Shown: one piece after another, positions 35,481-49,600 of the stretch
How positions within the stretch are numbered: the first letter of the stretch is position 1
Layout: every line of letters starts with the position of its first letter
Position numbers and translations under genes: made by a program
Assembly (NCBI RefSeq): GCF_009914755.1
Contig: NC_060934.1
Length of the DNA stretch: 64,000 nucleotides
Source: the human T2T-CHM13v2.0 reference genome, Homo sapiens
Strand: one strand, 5' to 3'
Notes under the pieces: generated by a model
Seen by the model: the letters and a program-made list of their open reading frames with translations, nothing else
What the model was told of the DNA's origin: nothing
The model's database searches: none

Positions 35481-38400
35481 AATTCTCAGTCACTTCTTTG
35501 TGTTGTGTGTGTTCAAGTCACAGAGTTGAACCTTCCTTTAGACAGAGCAGTTTTGAAAAATTCTTTCTGTGGAGTTTGCAAGTGGAGATTTCAAGCGATT
35601 TGAGGCTAATCTTTGAAATGGAAATATCTTCGTGTAAAAACTACACAGAATCATTCTCAGAAACTGCTTTGTCATCTGTGCATTCAGTTCACAGAGTTTC
35701 ACCTTTCTCTTCATAGAGCAGTTTGGAAAGACTCTGTCTGTAAAGTCTGCAAGTGATTAGTTAGACCCCTTTGAGGCCTTCGTTGGAAGCGGGATTTCTC
35801 ATTTACTGCTAGACAGAAGAATTCTCAGTAAATCCTTTGTGTTGTGTGCATTCAACTCACAGAGTGGAACCTTCCTTTATTCAGAGCAGTTTTGAAACAC
35901 TCTTTTTGTGGAATTTGCAAGTGGAGATTTCAAGCGATTTGACGCCAATCTTAGACATGGAAATATCTTCATATTAAAAGTACACAGAGTCATTCGTAGA
36001 AACTAGTTTGTGATGTGTGCCTTCAACTCACAGAGTTTAACCTTTCTTTTCATAGAGCAGTTGGGAAACACTCTATTTGTAAAGTCTGCAAGTGGATATT
36101 TGGACCTCTTTGAGGCCTTCGTTGGAAACGGGATTTCTTCATATAACGCTAGACAGAAGAATTCTCAGTAACTTCTTTGTGTTGTGTGTATTCAACTCAC
36201 AGAGTTGAACCTTTCTTTAGAGGGAGCAGAGGTGAAACACTCTTTTTGTGGAATTTGCTAGTGTAGATTTCAAACGCTTCGAAGACAGTGATAGAAAAGG
36301 ATATATCTTCGTATTAAAAGTAGACAAAATCATTCTCAGAAAACTCTTTGTGATGTGTGTGTTCAACTCACAGAGTTTAACCATTCTTTAATCGAGCAGT
36401 TTGGAAATACACTCTTTGTAAGTCTGCAGGTGGATATTTGGCCCTCTTTGAGCCCTTCGTTGGAAACGGGATTTCCTCATATAATGCTAGACAGAAGAAT
36501 TCTCAGTAACTTCTTTGTGTTGTTTGTATTCAACACACAGATTTGAACCTTCCTTTAGAGAGAGCAGATTTGAAACACTCTGTTTTTGGAATTTGCAAGT
36601 GCAGATTTCAAGCGCTTCTAGGCCTATGGCAGAAAAGGAAATATCTTCGTATAAAAACTACACAGAATCATTCTCAACAACTACTTTGTGATGTGTGCGT
36701 TCAACTCACAGAGGTTAACCTTTCTTTTCATAGAGCAGTTTGGAAACACTCTGTTTGTAAAGCCTGCAAGTGCTTTTTTGGACTTCATTGAGGCCTTCGT
36801 TGGAAACGGGATTTCTTCATACAACGCTAGACAGAAGAATTCTCAGTAACTTCTTTGTGTTGTGTGTATTCAACTCACAGAGTTGAACCTTTCTTTAGAG
36901 AGAACAGAGTTGAAACACTCTGTTTTTGGAATTTGCAAGTGCAGATTTCAAGCGATTCTAGGCCTATGGCAGAAAAGGAAATATCTTCGTATAAAAACTA
37001 CACAGAATCATTCTCAACAACTACTTTGTGATGTGTGCGTTCAACTCACAGAGTTTAACCTTTCTTTTCATAGAGCAGTTTGGAAACACTCTGTTTGTAA
37101 AGCCTGCAAGTGCTTTTTTGGACTTCATTGAGGCCTTCGTTGGAAACGGGATTTCTTCATATAATGCTAGACAGAAGAATTCTCAGTCACTTCTTTGTGT
37201 TGTGTGTATTCAAGTCACAGAGTTGAACCTTCCTTTAGACAGAGCAGTTTTGAAAAATTCTTTCTGTGGAATTTGCAAGTGGAGATTTCAAGCGATTTGA
37301 GGCTAATCTTTGAAATGGAAATATCTTCGTGTAAAAACTACACAGAATCATTCTCAGAAACTGCTTTGTCATCTGTGCGTTCAGTTCACAGAGTTTCACC
37401 TTTCTCTTCATAGAGCAGTTTGGAAAGACTCTGTCTGTAAAGTCTGCAAGTGATTAGTTAGACCCCTTTGAGGCCTTCGTTGGAAGCGGGATTTCTCATT
37501 TACTGCTAGACAGAAGAATTCTCAGTAAATCCTTTGTGTTGTGTGTATTCAACTCACAGAGTGGAACCTTCCTTTATTCAGAGCAGTTTTGAAACACTCT
37601 TTTTGTGGAATTTGCAAGTGGAGATTTCAAGCGATTTGACGCCAATCTTAGACATGGAAATATCTTCATATTAAAAGTACACAGAATCATTCGTAGAAAC
37701 TAGTTTGTGATGTGTGCCTTCAACTCACAGAGTGTAACCTTTCTTTTCATAGAGCAGTTCGGAAAAATTCTATTTGTAAAGTCTGCAAGTGGATATTTGG
37801 ACCTCTTTGAGGCCTTCGTTGGAAACGGGATTTCTTCATATAACGCTAGACAGAAGAATTCTCAGTAACTTCTTTGTGTTGTGTGTATTCAACTCACAGA
37901 GTTGAACCTTTCTTTAGAAAGAGCAGAGTTGAAACACTCTTTTTGTGGAATTTGCTAGTGCAGATTTCAAACGCTTCGAAGACAGTGATAGAATAGGATA
38001 TATCTTCGTATTAAAACTAGACAAAATCATTCTCAGAAAACACTTTGTGATGTGTGTGTTCAACTCACAGAGTTTAACCTTTCTTTAATCGAGCAGTTTG
38101 GAAATACACTCTTTGTAAGTCTGCAGGTGGATAATTGGCCCTCTTTGAGCCCTTCATTGGAAACGGGATTTCCTCATATAATGCTAGACAGAAGAATTCT
38201 CAGTAACTTCTTTGTGTTGTTTGTATTCAACTCACAGATTTGAACCTTCCTTTAGAGAGAGCAGATTTGAAACACTCTGTTTTTGGAATTTGCAAGTGCA
38301 GATTTCAAGCGCTTCTAGGCCTATGGCAGAAAAGTAAATATCTTCGTATAAAAACTACACAGAATCATTCTCAACAACTACTTTGTGATGTGTGCGTTAA

Positions 38401-41400
38401 ACTCACAGAGTTTAACCTTTCTTTTCATAGAGCAGTTTGGAAACACTCTGTTTGTAAAGCCTGCAAGTGCTTTTTTGGACTTCATTGAGGCCTTCGTTGG
38501 AAACGGGATTTCTTCATATAATGCTAGACAGAAGAATTCTCAGTCACTTCTTTGTGTTGTGTGTATTCAAGTCACAGAGTTGAACCTTCCTTAGGCAGAG
38601 CAGTTTTGAAAAATTCTTTCTGTGGAATTTGCAAGTGGAGATTTCAAGCGATTTGAGGCTAATCTTTGAAATGGAAATATCTTCGTGTAAAAACTACACA
38701 GAATCATTCTCAGAAACTGCTTTGTCATCTGTGCGTTCAGTTCACAGAGTTTCACCTTTCTCTTCATAGAGCAGTTTGGAAAGACTCTGTCTGTAAAGTC
38801 TGCAAGTGATTAGTTAGACCCCTTTGAGGCCTTCGTTGGAAGCGGGATTTCTCATTTACTGCTAGACAGAAGAATTCTCAGTAAATCCTTTGTGTTGTGT
38901 GTATTCAACTCACAGAGTGGAACCTTCCTTTATTCAGAGCAGTTTTGAAACACTCTTTTTGTGGAATTTGCAAGTGGAGATTTCAAGCGATTTGACGCCA
39001 ATCTTAGACATGGAAATATCTTCATATTAAAAGTACACAGAATCATTCGTAGAAACTAGTTTGTGATGTGTGCCTTCAACTCACAGAGTTTAACCTTTCT
39101 TTTCATAGAGCAGTTGGGAAACATTCTATTTGTAAAGTCTGCAAGTGGATATTTGGACCTCTTTGAGGCCTTCGTTGGAAACGGGATTTCTTCATATAAC
39201 GCTAGACAGAAGAATTCTCAGTAACTTCTTTGTGTTGTGTGTATTCAACTCACAGAGTTGAACCTTTCTTTAGAGAGAGCAGAGTTGAAACACTCTTTTT
39301 GTGGAATTTGCTAGTGCAGATTTCAAACGCTTCGAAGACAGTGATAGAATAGGATATATCTTCGTATTGAAACTAGACAAAATCATTCTCAGAAAACTCT
39401 TTGTGATGTGTGTGTTCAACTCACAGAGTTTAACCTTTCTTTAATCGAGCAGTTTGGAAATACACTCTTTGTAAGTCTGCAGGTGGATAATTGGCCCTCT
39501 TTGAGCCCTTCATTGGAAACGGGATTTCCTCATATAATGCTAGACAGAAGAATTCTCAGTAACTTCTTTGTGTTGTTTGTATTCAACTCACAGATTTGAA
39601 CCTTCCTTTAGAGAGAGCAGATTTGAAACACTCTGTTTTTGGAATTTGCAAGTGCAGATTTCAAGCGCTTCTAGGCCTATGGCAGAAAAGGAAATATCTT
39701 CGTATAAAAACTACACAGAATCATTCTCAACAACTACTTTGTGATGTGTGCGTTAAACTCACAGAGTTTAACCTTTCTTTTCATAGAGCAGTTTGGAAAA
39801 ACTCTGTTTGTAAAGCCTGCAAGTGCTTTTTTGGACTTCATTGAGGCCTTCGTTGGAAACTGGATTTCTTCATATAATGCTAGACAGAAGAATTCTCAGT
39901 CACTTCTTTGTGTTGTGTGTATTCAAGTCACAGAGTTGAACCTTCTTTTAGACAGAGCAGTTTTGAAAAATTCTTTCTGTGGAATTTGCAAGTGGAGATT
40001 TCAAGCGATTTGAGGCTAATCTTTGAAATGGAAATATCTTCGTGTAAAAACTACACAGAATCATTCTCAGAAACTGCTTTGTTATCTGTGCGTTCAGTTC
40101 ACAGAGTTTAACCTTTCTCTTCATAGAGCAGATTGGAAAGACTCTGTCTGTAAAGTCCGCAAGTGATTAGTTAGACCCCTTTGAGGCCTTCGTTGGAAGC
40201 GGGATTTCCCATTTACTGCTAGACAGAAGAATTCTCAGTAAATCCTTTGTGTTGTGTGTATTCAACTCACAGAGTGGAACCTTCCTTTATTCAGAGCACT
40301 TTTGAAAAACACTTTTTGTGGAATTTGCAAGTGGAGATTTCAAGCGATTTGAAGCCAATCTTAGACATGGAAATATCTTCATATTAAAAGTACACAGAGT
40401 CATTCGTAAAAACTAGTTTGTGATGTGTGCCTTCAACTCACAGAGTTTAACCTTTCTTTTCATAGAGCGGTTGGGAAACACTCTATTTGTAAAGTCTGCA
40501 AGTGGATATTTGGACCTCTTTGAGGCCTTCGTTGGAAACGGGATTTCTTCATACAACGCTAGACAGAAGAATTCTCAGTAACTTCTTTGTGTTGTGTGTA
40601 TTCAACTCACAGAGTTGAACCTTTCTTGAGAGAGAACAGAGTTGAAACACTCTGTTTTTGGAATTTGCAAGTGCAGATTTCAATCGATTCTAGGCCTATG
40701 GCAGAAAAGGAAATATCTTCGTATAAAAACTACACAGAAACATTCTCAACAACTACTTTGTGATGTGTGCGTTCAACTCACAGAGTTTAGCCTTTCTTTT
40801 CATAGAGCAGTTTGGAAACACTCTGTTTGTAAAGCCTGCAAGTGCTTTTTTGGACTTCATTGAGGCCTTCGTTGGAAACGGGATTTCTTCATATAATGCT
40901 AGACAGAAGAATTCTCAGTCACTTCTTTGTGTTGTGTGTATTCAAGTCACAGAGTTGAACCTTCCTTTAGACAGAGCAGTTTTGAAAAATTCTTTCTGTG
41001 GAATTTGCAAGTGGAGATTTCAAGCGATTTGAGGCTAATCTTTGAAATGGAAATATCTTCGTGTAAAAACTACACAGAATCATTCTCAGAAACTGCTTTG
41101 TCATCTGTGCGTTCAGTTCACAGAGTTTCACCTTTCTCTTCATAGAGCAGTTTGGAAAGACTCTGTCTGTAAAGTCTGCAAGTGATTAGTTAGACCCCTT
41201 TGAGGCCTTCGTTGGAAGCGGGATTTCTCATTTACTGCTAGACAGAAGAATTCTCAGTAAATCCTTTGTGTTGTGTGTATTCAACTCACAGAGTGGAACC
41301 TTCCTTTATTCAGAGCAGTTTTGAAACACTCTTTTTGTGGAATTTGCAAGTGGAGATTTCAAGCGATTTGACGCCAATCTTAGACATGGAAATATCTTCA

Positions 41401-42265
41401 TATTAAAAGTACACAGAGTCATTCGTAGAAACTAGTGTGTGATGTGTGCCTTGAACTCACAGAGTTTAACCTTTCTTTTCATAGAGCAGTTGGGAAACAC
41501 TCTATTTGTAAAGTCTGCAAGTGGATATTTGGACCTCTTTGAGGCCTTCGTTGGAAACGGGATTTCTTCATATAACGCTAGACAGAAGAATTCTCAGTAA
41601 CTTCTTTGTGTTGTGTGTATTCAACTCACAGAGTTGAACCTTTCTTTAGAGGGAGCAGAGGTGAAACAGTCTTTTTGTGGAATTTGCTAGTGTAGATTTC
41701 AAACGCTTCGAAGACAGTGATAGAAAAGGATATATCTTCGTATTAAAAGTAGACAAAATCATTCTCAGAAAACACTTTGTGATGTGTGTGTTCAACTCAC
41801 AGAGTTTAACCTTTCTTTAATCTAGCAGTTTGGAAATACACTCTTTGTAAGTCTGCAGGTGGATATTTGGTCCTCTTTGAGCCCTTCTTTGGAAACGGGA
41901 TTTCCTCTTATAATGCTAGACAGAAGAATTCTCAGTAACTTCTCTGTGTTGTTTGTATTCAACACACAGATTTGAACCTTCCTTTAGAGAGAGCAGATTT
42001 GAAACACTCTGTTTTTGGAATTTGCAAGTGAAGATTTCAAGCGCTTCTAGGCCTATGGCAGAAAAGGAAATATCTTCGTATAAAAACTACACAGAATCAT
42101 TCTCAACAACTACTTTGTGATGTGTGCGTTCAACTCACAGAGTTTAACCTTTCTTTTCATAGAGCAGTTTGGAAACACTCTGTTTGTAAAGCCTGCAAGT
42201 GCTTTTTTGGACTTCATTGAGGCCTTCGTTGGAAACGGGATTTCTTCATATAATGCTAGACAGAA

Positions 42266-43623
42266 GAATTCTCAGTCACTTCTTTGTGTTGTGTGTATTC
42301 AAGTCACAGAGTTGAACCTTCCTTTAGACAGAGCAGTTTTGAAAAATTCTTTCTGTGGAGTTTGCAAGTGGAGATTTCAAGCGATTTGAGGCTAATATTT
42401 GAAATGGAAATAACTTCGTGTAAAAACTACACAGAAGCATTCTCAGAAACTGCTTTGTCATCTGTGCGTTCAGTTCACAGAGTTTCACCTTTCTCTTCAT
42501 AGAGCAGTTTGGAAAGACTCTGTCTGTAAAGTCTGCAAGTGATTAGTTAGACCCCTTTGTCGCCTTCGTTGGAAGCGGGATTTCTCATTTACTGCTAGAC
42601 AGAAGAATTCTCAGTAAATCCTTTGTGTTGTGTGTATTCAACTCACAGAGTGGAACCTTCCTTTATTCAGAGCAGTTTTGAAAAACACTTTTTGTGGAAT
42701 TTGCAAGTGGAGATTTCAAGCGATTTGACGCCAATCTTAGACATGGAAATATCTTCATATTGAAAGTACACAGAGTCATTCGTAGAAACTAGTTTGTGAT
42801 GTGTGCCTTCAACTCACAGAGTTTAACCTTTCTTTTCATAGAGCAGTTTGGAAACACTCTATTTGTATAGTCTGCAAGTGGATATTTGGACCTCTTTGAG
42901 GCCTTCGTTGGAAACGGGATTTCTTCATACAACGCTAGACAGAAGAATTCTCAGTAACTTCTTTGTGTTGTGTGTATTCAACTCACAGAGTTGAACCTTT
43001 CTTTAGAGAGAGCAGATTTGAAACATTCTGTTTTTGGAATTTGCAAGTGCAGATTTCAAGCGCTTCTAGGCCTATGGCAGAAAAGGAAATATCTTCGTAT
43101 AAAAACTACACAGAATCGTTCTCAACAACTACTTTGTGATGTGTGCGTTCAACTTACAGAGTTTAACCTTTCTTTTCATAGAGCAGTTTGGAAACACTCT
43201 GTTTGTAAAGCCTGCAAGTGTTTTTTGGACTTCATTGAGGCCTTCGTTGGAAACGGGATTTCTTCTTACAACGCTAGACAGAAGAATTCTCAGTAACTTC
43301 TTTGTGTTGTGTGTATTCAACTCACAGAGTTGAACCTTTCTTTAGAGAGAACAGAGTTGAAACACTCTGTTTTTGGAATTTGCAAGTGCAGATTTCAAGC
43401 GATTCTAGGCCTATGGCAGAAAAGGAAATATCTTCGTATAAAAACTACACAGAATCATTCTCAACAACTACTTTGTGATGTGTGCGTTCAACTCACAGAG
43501 TTTAACCTTTCTTTTCATAGAGCAGTTTGGAAACACTCTGTTTGTAAAGCCTGCAAGTGCTTATTTGGACTTCATTGAGGCCTTCGTTGGAAACGGGATT
43601 TCTTCATATAATGCTAGACAGAA
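42266..43623 (+). repeat. Non-canonical 8-mer (B-C-A*-A*, 1358 bp, no D dimer)
   Basis: B anchors 42284 to 43642. Two A-type dimers (ORFs 42970, 43309) and no GCTAGTG/CGAAGACAG D sequence. Confidence 0.88.
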
Positions 43624-46600
43624 GAATTCTCAGTCACTTCTTTGTGTTGTGTGTATTCAAGTAACAGAGTTGAACCTTCCTTTAGACAGAGCAGTTTTGA
43701 AAAATTCTTTCTGTGGAATTTGCAAGTGGAGATTTCAAGCGATTTGAGGCTAATCTTTGAAATGGAAATATCTTCGTGTAAAAACTGCACAGAATCATTC
43801 TCAGAAACTGCTTTGTCATCTGTGCGTTCAGTTCACAGAGTTTCACCTTTCTCTTCATAGAGCAGTTTGGAAAGACTCTGTCTGTAAAGTCTGCAAGTGA
43901 TTAGTTAGACCCCTTTGCGGCCTTCGTTGGAAGCGGGATTTCTCATTTACTGCTAGACAGAAGAATTCTCAGTAAATCCTTTGTGTTGTGTGTATTCAAC
44001 TCACAGAGTGGAACCTTCCTTTATTCAGAGCACTTTTGAAACACTCTTTTTGTGGAATTTGCAAGTGGAGATTTCAAGCGATTTGACGCCAATCTTAGAC
44101 ATGGAAATATCTTCATATTAAAAGTACACAGAGTCATTCGTAGAAACTAGTTTGTGATGTGTGCCTTCAACTCACAGAGTTTAACCTTTCTTTTCATAGA
44201 GCAGTTTGGAAACACTCTATTTGTAAAGTCTGCAAGTGGATATTTGGACCTCTTTGAGGCCTTCGTTGGAAACGGGATTTCTTCATACAACGCTAGACAG
44301 AAGAATTCTCAGTAACTTCTTTGTGTTGTGTGTATTCAACTCACAGAGTTGAACCTTTCTTTAGAGAGAGCAGAGTTGAAACACTCTGTTTTTGGAATTT
44401 GCAAGTGCAGATTTCAAGCGCTTCTAGGCCTATGGCAGAAAAGGAAATATGTTCGTATAAAAACTACACAGAATCATTCTCAACAACTACTTTGTGATGT
44501 GTGCGTTCAACTCACAGAGTTTAACCTTTCTTTTCATAGAGCAGTTTGGAAACACTCTGTTTGTAAAGCCCGCAAGTGCTTTTTTGGACTTCATTGAGGC
44601 CTTCGTTGGAAACGGGATTTCTTCATATAATGCTAGACAGAAGAATTCTCAGTCACTTCTTTGTGTTGTGTGTATTCAAGTCACAGAGTTGAACCTTCCT
44701 TTAGACAGAGCAGTTTTGAAAAATTCTTTCTGTGTAATTTGCAAGTGGAGATTTCAAGCGATTTGAGGCTAATCTTTGAAATGGAAATATCTTCGTGTAA
44801 AAACTACACAGAATCATTCTCAGAAACTGCTTTGTCATCTGTGCGTTCAGTTCACAGAGTTTCACCTTTCTCTTCATAGAGCAGTTTGGAAAGACTCTGT
44901 CTGTAAAGTCTGCAAGTGATTAGTTAGAACCCTTTGAGGCCTTCGTTGGAAGCGGGATTTCTCATTTACTGCTAGACAGAAGAATTCTCAGTAAATCCTT
45001 TGTGTTGTGTGTATTCAACTCACAGAGTGGAACCTTCCTTTATTCAGAGCAGTTTTGATACACTCTTTTTGTGGAATTTGCAAGTGGAGATTTCAAGCGA
45101 TTTGACGCCAATCTTAGACATGGAAATATCTTCATATTAAAAGTACACAGAGTCATTCGTAGAAACTAGTTTGTGATGTGTGCCTTCAACTCACAGAGTT
45201 TAACCTTTCTTTTCATAGAGCAGTTGGGAAACACTCTATTTGTAAAGTCTGCAAGTGGATATTTGGACCTCTTTGAGGCCTTCGTTGGAAACGGGATTTC
45301 TTCATATAACGCTAGACAGAAGAATTCTCAGTAACTTCTTTGTGTTGTGTGTATTCAACTCACAGAGTTGAACCTTTCTTTAGAGGGAGCAGAGGTGAAA
45401 CACTCTTTTTGTGGAATTTGCTAGTGTAGATTTCAAACGCTTCGAAGACAGTGATAGAAAAGGATATATCTTCGTATTAAAAGTAGACAAAATCATTCTC
45501 AGAAAACTCTTTGTGATGTGTGTGTTCAACTCACAGAGTTTAACCTTTCTTTAATCGAGCAGTTTGGAAATACACTCTTTGTAAGTCTGCAGGTGGATAT
45601 TTGGCCCTCTTTGAGCCCTTCGTTGGAAACGGGATTTCCTCATATAATGCTAGACAGAAGAATTCTCAGTAACTTCTTTGTGTTGTTTGTATTCAACACA
45701 CAGATTTGAACCTTCCTTTAGAGAGAGTAGATTTGAAACACTCTGTTTTTGGAATTTGCAAGTGCAGATTTCAAGCGCTTCTAGGCCTATGGCAGAAAAG
45801 GAAATATCTTCGTATAAAAACTACACAGAATCATTCTCAACAACTACTTTGTGATGTGTGCGTTCAACTCACAGAGTTTAACCTTTCTTTTCATAGAGCA
45901 GTTTGGAAACACTCTGTTTGTAAAGCCTGCAAGTGTTTTTTGGACTTCATTGAGGCCTTCGTTGGAAACGGGATTTCTTCTTACAACGCTAGACAGAAGA
46001 ATTCTCAGTAACTTCTTTGTGTTGTGTGTATTCAACTCACAGAGTTGAACCTTTCTTTAGAGAGAACAGAGTTGAAACACTCTGTTTTTGGAATTTGCAA
46101 GTGCAGATTTCAAGCGCTTCTAGGCCTATGGCAGAAAAGGAAATATCTTCGTATAAAAACTACACAGAATCATTCTCAACAACTACTTTGTGATGTGTGC
46201 GTTCAACTCACAAAGTTTAACCTTTCTTTTCATAGAGCAGTTTGGAAACACTCTGTTTGTAAAGCCTGCAAGTGCTTTTTTGGACTTCATTGAGGCCTTC
46301 GTTGGAAACGGGATTTCTTCATATAATGCTAGACAGAAGAATTCTCAGTCACTTCTTTGTGTTGTGTGTATTCAAGTCACAGAGTTGAACCTTCCTTTAG
46401 ACAGAGCAGTTTTGAAAAATTCTTTCTGTGTAATTTGCAAGTGGAGATTTCAAGCGATTTGAGGCTAATCTTTGAAATGGAAATATCTTCGTGTAAAAAC
46501 TACACAGAATCATTCTCAGAAACTGCTTTGTCATCTGTGCGTTCAGTTCACAGAGTTTCACCTTTCTCTTCATAGAGCAGTTTGGAAAGACTCTGTCTGT

Positions 46601-49600
46601 AAAGTCTGCAAGTGATTAGTTAGAACCCTTTGAGGCCTTCGTTGGAAGCGGGATTTCTCATTTACTGCTAGACAGAAGAATTGTCAGTAAATCCTTTGTG
46701 TTGTGTGTATTCAACTCACAGAGTGGAACCTTCCTTTATTCAGAGCAGTTTTGAAACACTCTTTTTGTGGAATTTGCAAGTGGAGATTTCAAGCGATTTG
46801 ACGCCAATCTTAGACATGGAAATATCTTCATATTAAAAGTACGCAGAGTCATTCGTAGAAACTAGTTTGTGATGTGTGCCTTCAACTCACAGAGTTTAAC
46901 CTTTCTTTTAATAGAGCAGTTGGGAAACACTCTATTTGTAAAGTCTGCAAGTGGATACTTGGACCTCTTTGAGGCCTTCTTTGGAAACGGGATTTCTTCA
47001 TATAACACTAGACAGAAGAATTCTCAGTAACTTCTTTGGGTTGTGTGTATTCAACTCACAGAGTTGAACCTTTCTTTAGAGGGAGCAGAGGTGAAACACT
47101 CTTTTTGTGGAATTTGCTAGTGTAGATTTCAAACGCTTCGAAGACAGTGATAGAAAAGGATATATCTTCGTATTAAAAGTAGACAAAATCATTCTCAGAA
47201 AACTCTTTGTGATGTGTGTGTTCAACTCACAGAGTTTAACCTTTCTTTAATCGAGCAGTTTGGAAATACACTCTTTGTAAGTCTGCAGGTGGATATTTGG
47301 CCCTCTTTGAGCCCTTCGTTGGAAACGGGATTTCCTCATATAATGCTAGACAGAAGAATTCTCAGTAACTTCTTTGTGTTGTTTGTATTCAACACACAGA
47401 TTTGAACCTTCCTTTAGAGAGAGCAGATTTGAAACATTCTGTTCTTGGAATTTGCAAGTGCAGATTTCAAGCGCTTCTAGGCCTATGGCAGAAAAGGAAA
47501 TATCTTCGTATAAAAACTACACAGAATCATTCTCAACAACTACTTTGTGATGTGTGCGTTCAACTCACAGAGTTTAACCTTTCTTTTCATAGAGCAGTTT
47601 GGAAACACTCTATTTGTAAAGCCTGCAAGTGTTTTTTGGACTTCATTGAGGCCTTCGTTGGAAACGGGATTTCTTCTTACAACGCTAGACAGAAGAATTC
47701 TCAGTAACTTCTTTGTGTTGTGTGTATTCAACTCACAGAGTTGAACCTTTCTTTAGAGAGAACAGAGTTGAAACACTCTGTTTTTGGAATTTGCAAGTGC
47801 AGATTTCAAGCGATTCTAGCCCTATGGCAGAAAAGAAATATCTTCGTATAAAAACTACACAGAATCATTCTCAACAACTACTTTGTGATGTGTGCGTTCA
47901 ACTCACAGAGTTTAACCTTTCTTTTCATAGAGCAGTTTGGAAACACTCTGTTTGTAAAGCCTGCAAGTGCTTTTTTGGACTTCATTGAGGCCTTCGTTGG
48001 AAACGGGATTTCTTCATATAATGCTAGACAGAAGAATTCTCAGTCACTTCTTTGTGTTGTGTGTATTCAAGTCACAGAGTTGAACCTTCCTTTAGACAGA
48101 GCAGTTTGGAAAAATTCTTTCTGTGTAATTTGCAAGTGGAGATTTCAAGCGATTTGAGGCTAATCTTTGAAATGGAAATATCTTCGTGTAAAAACTACAC
48201 AGAATCATTCTCAGAAACTGCTTTGTCATCTGTGCGTTCAGTTCACAGAGTTTCACCTTTCTCTTCATAGAGCAGTTTGGAAAGACTCTGTCTGTAAAGT
48301 CTGCAAGTGATTAGTTAGACCCCTTTGCGGCCTTCGTTGGAAGCGGGATTTCTCATTTACTGCTAGACAGAAGAATTCTCAGTAAATCCTTTGTGTTGTG
48401 TGTATTCAACTCACAGAGTGGAACCTTCCTTTATTCAGAGCAGTTTTGAAACACTCTTTTTGTGGAATTTGCAAGTGGAGATTTCAAGCGATTTGACGCC
48501 AATCTTAGACATGGAAATATCTTCATATTAAAAGTACACAGAGTCATTCGTAGAAACTAGTTTGTGATGTGTGCCTTCAACTCACAGAGTTTAACCTTTC
48601 TTTTCATAGAGCAGTTGGGAAACACTCTATTTGTAAAGTCTGCAAGTGGATATTTGGACCTCTTTGAGGCCTTCGTTGGAAACGGGATTTCTTCATATAA
48701 CGCTAGACAGAAGAATTCTCAGTAACTTCTTTGTGTTGTGTGTATTCAACTCACAGAGTTGAACCTTTCTTTAGAGGGAGCAGAGGTGAAACACTCTTTT
48801 TGTGGAATTTGCTAGTGTAGATTTCAAACGCTTCGAAGACAGTGATAGAAAAGGATATATCTTCGTATTAAAAGTAGACAAAATCATTCTCAGAAAACTC
48901 TTTGTGATGTGTGTGTTCAACTCACAGAGTTTAACCTTTCTTTAATCGAGCAGTTTGGAAATACACTCTTTGTAAGTCTGCAGGTGGATATTTGGCCCTC
49001 TTTGAGCCCTTCGTTGGAAACGGGATTTCCTCATATAATGCTAGACAGAAGAATTCTCAGTAACTTCTTTGTGTTGTTTGTATTCAACACACAGATTTGA
49101 ACCTTCCCTTAGAGAGAGCAGATTTGAAACACTCTGTTTTTGGAATTTGCAAGTGCAGATTTCAAGCGCTTCTAGGCCTATGGCAGAAAAGGAAATATCT
49201 TCGTATAAAAACTACACAGAATCATTCTCAACAACTACTTTGTGATGTGTGCGTTCAACTCGCAGAGGTTAACCTTTCTTTTCATAGAGCAGTTTGGAAA
49301 CACTCTGTTTGTAAAGCCTGCAAGTGCTTTTTTGGACTTCATTGAGGCCTTCGTTGGAAACGGGATTTCTTCATACAACGCTAGACAGAAGAATTCTCAG
49401 TAACTTCTTTGTGTTGTGTGTATTCAACTCACAGAGTTGAACCTTTGTTTAGAGAGAACAGAGTTGAAACACTCTGTTTTTGGAATTTGCAAGTGCAGAT
49501 TTCAAGCGATTCTAGGCCTATGGCAGAAAAGGAAATATCTTCGTATAAAAACTACACAGAATCATTCTCAACAACTTCTTTGTGATGTGTGCGTTCAACT

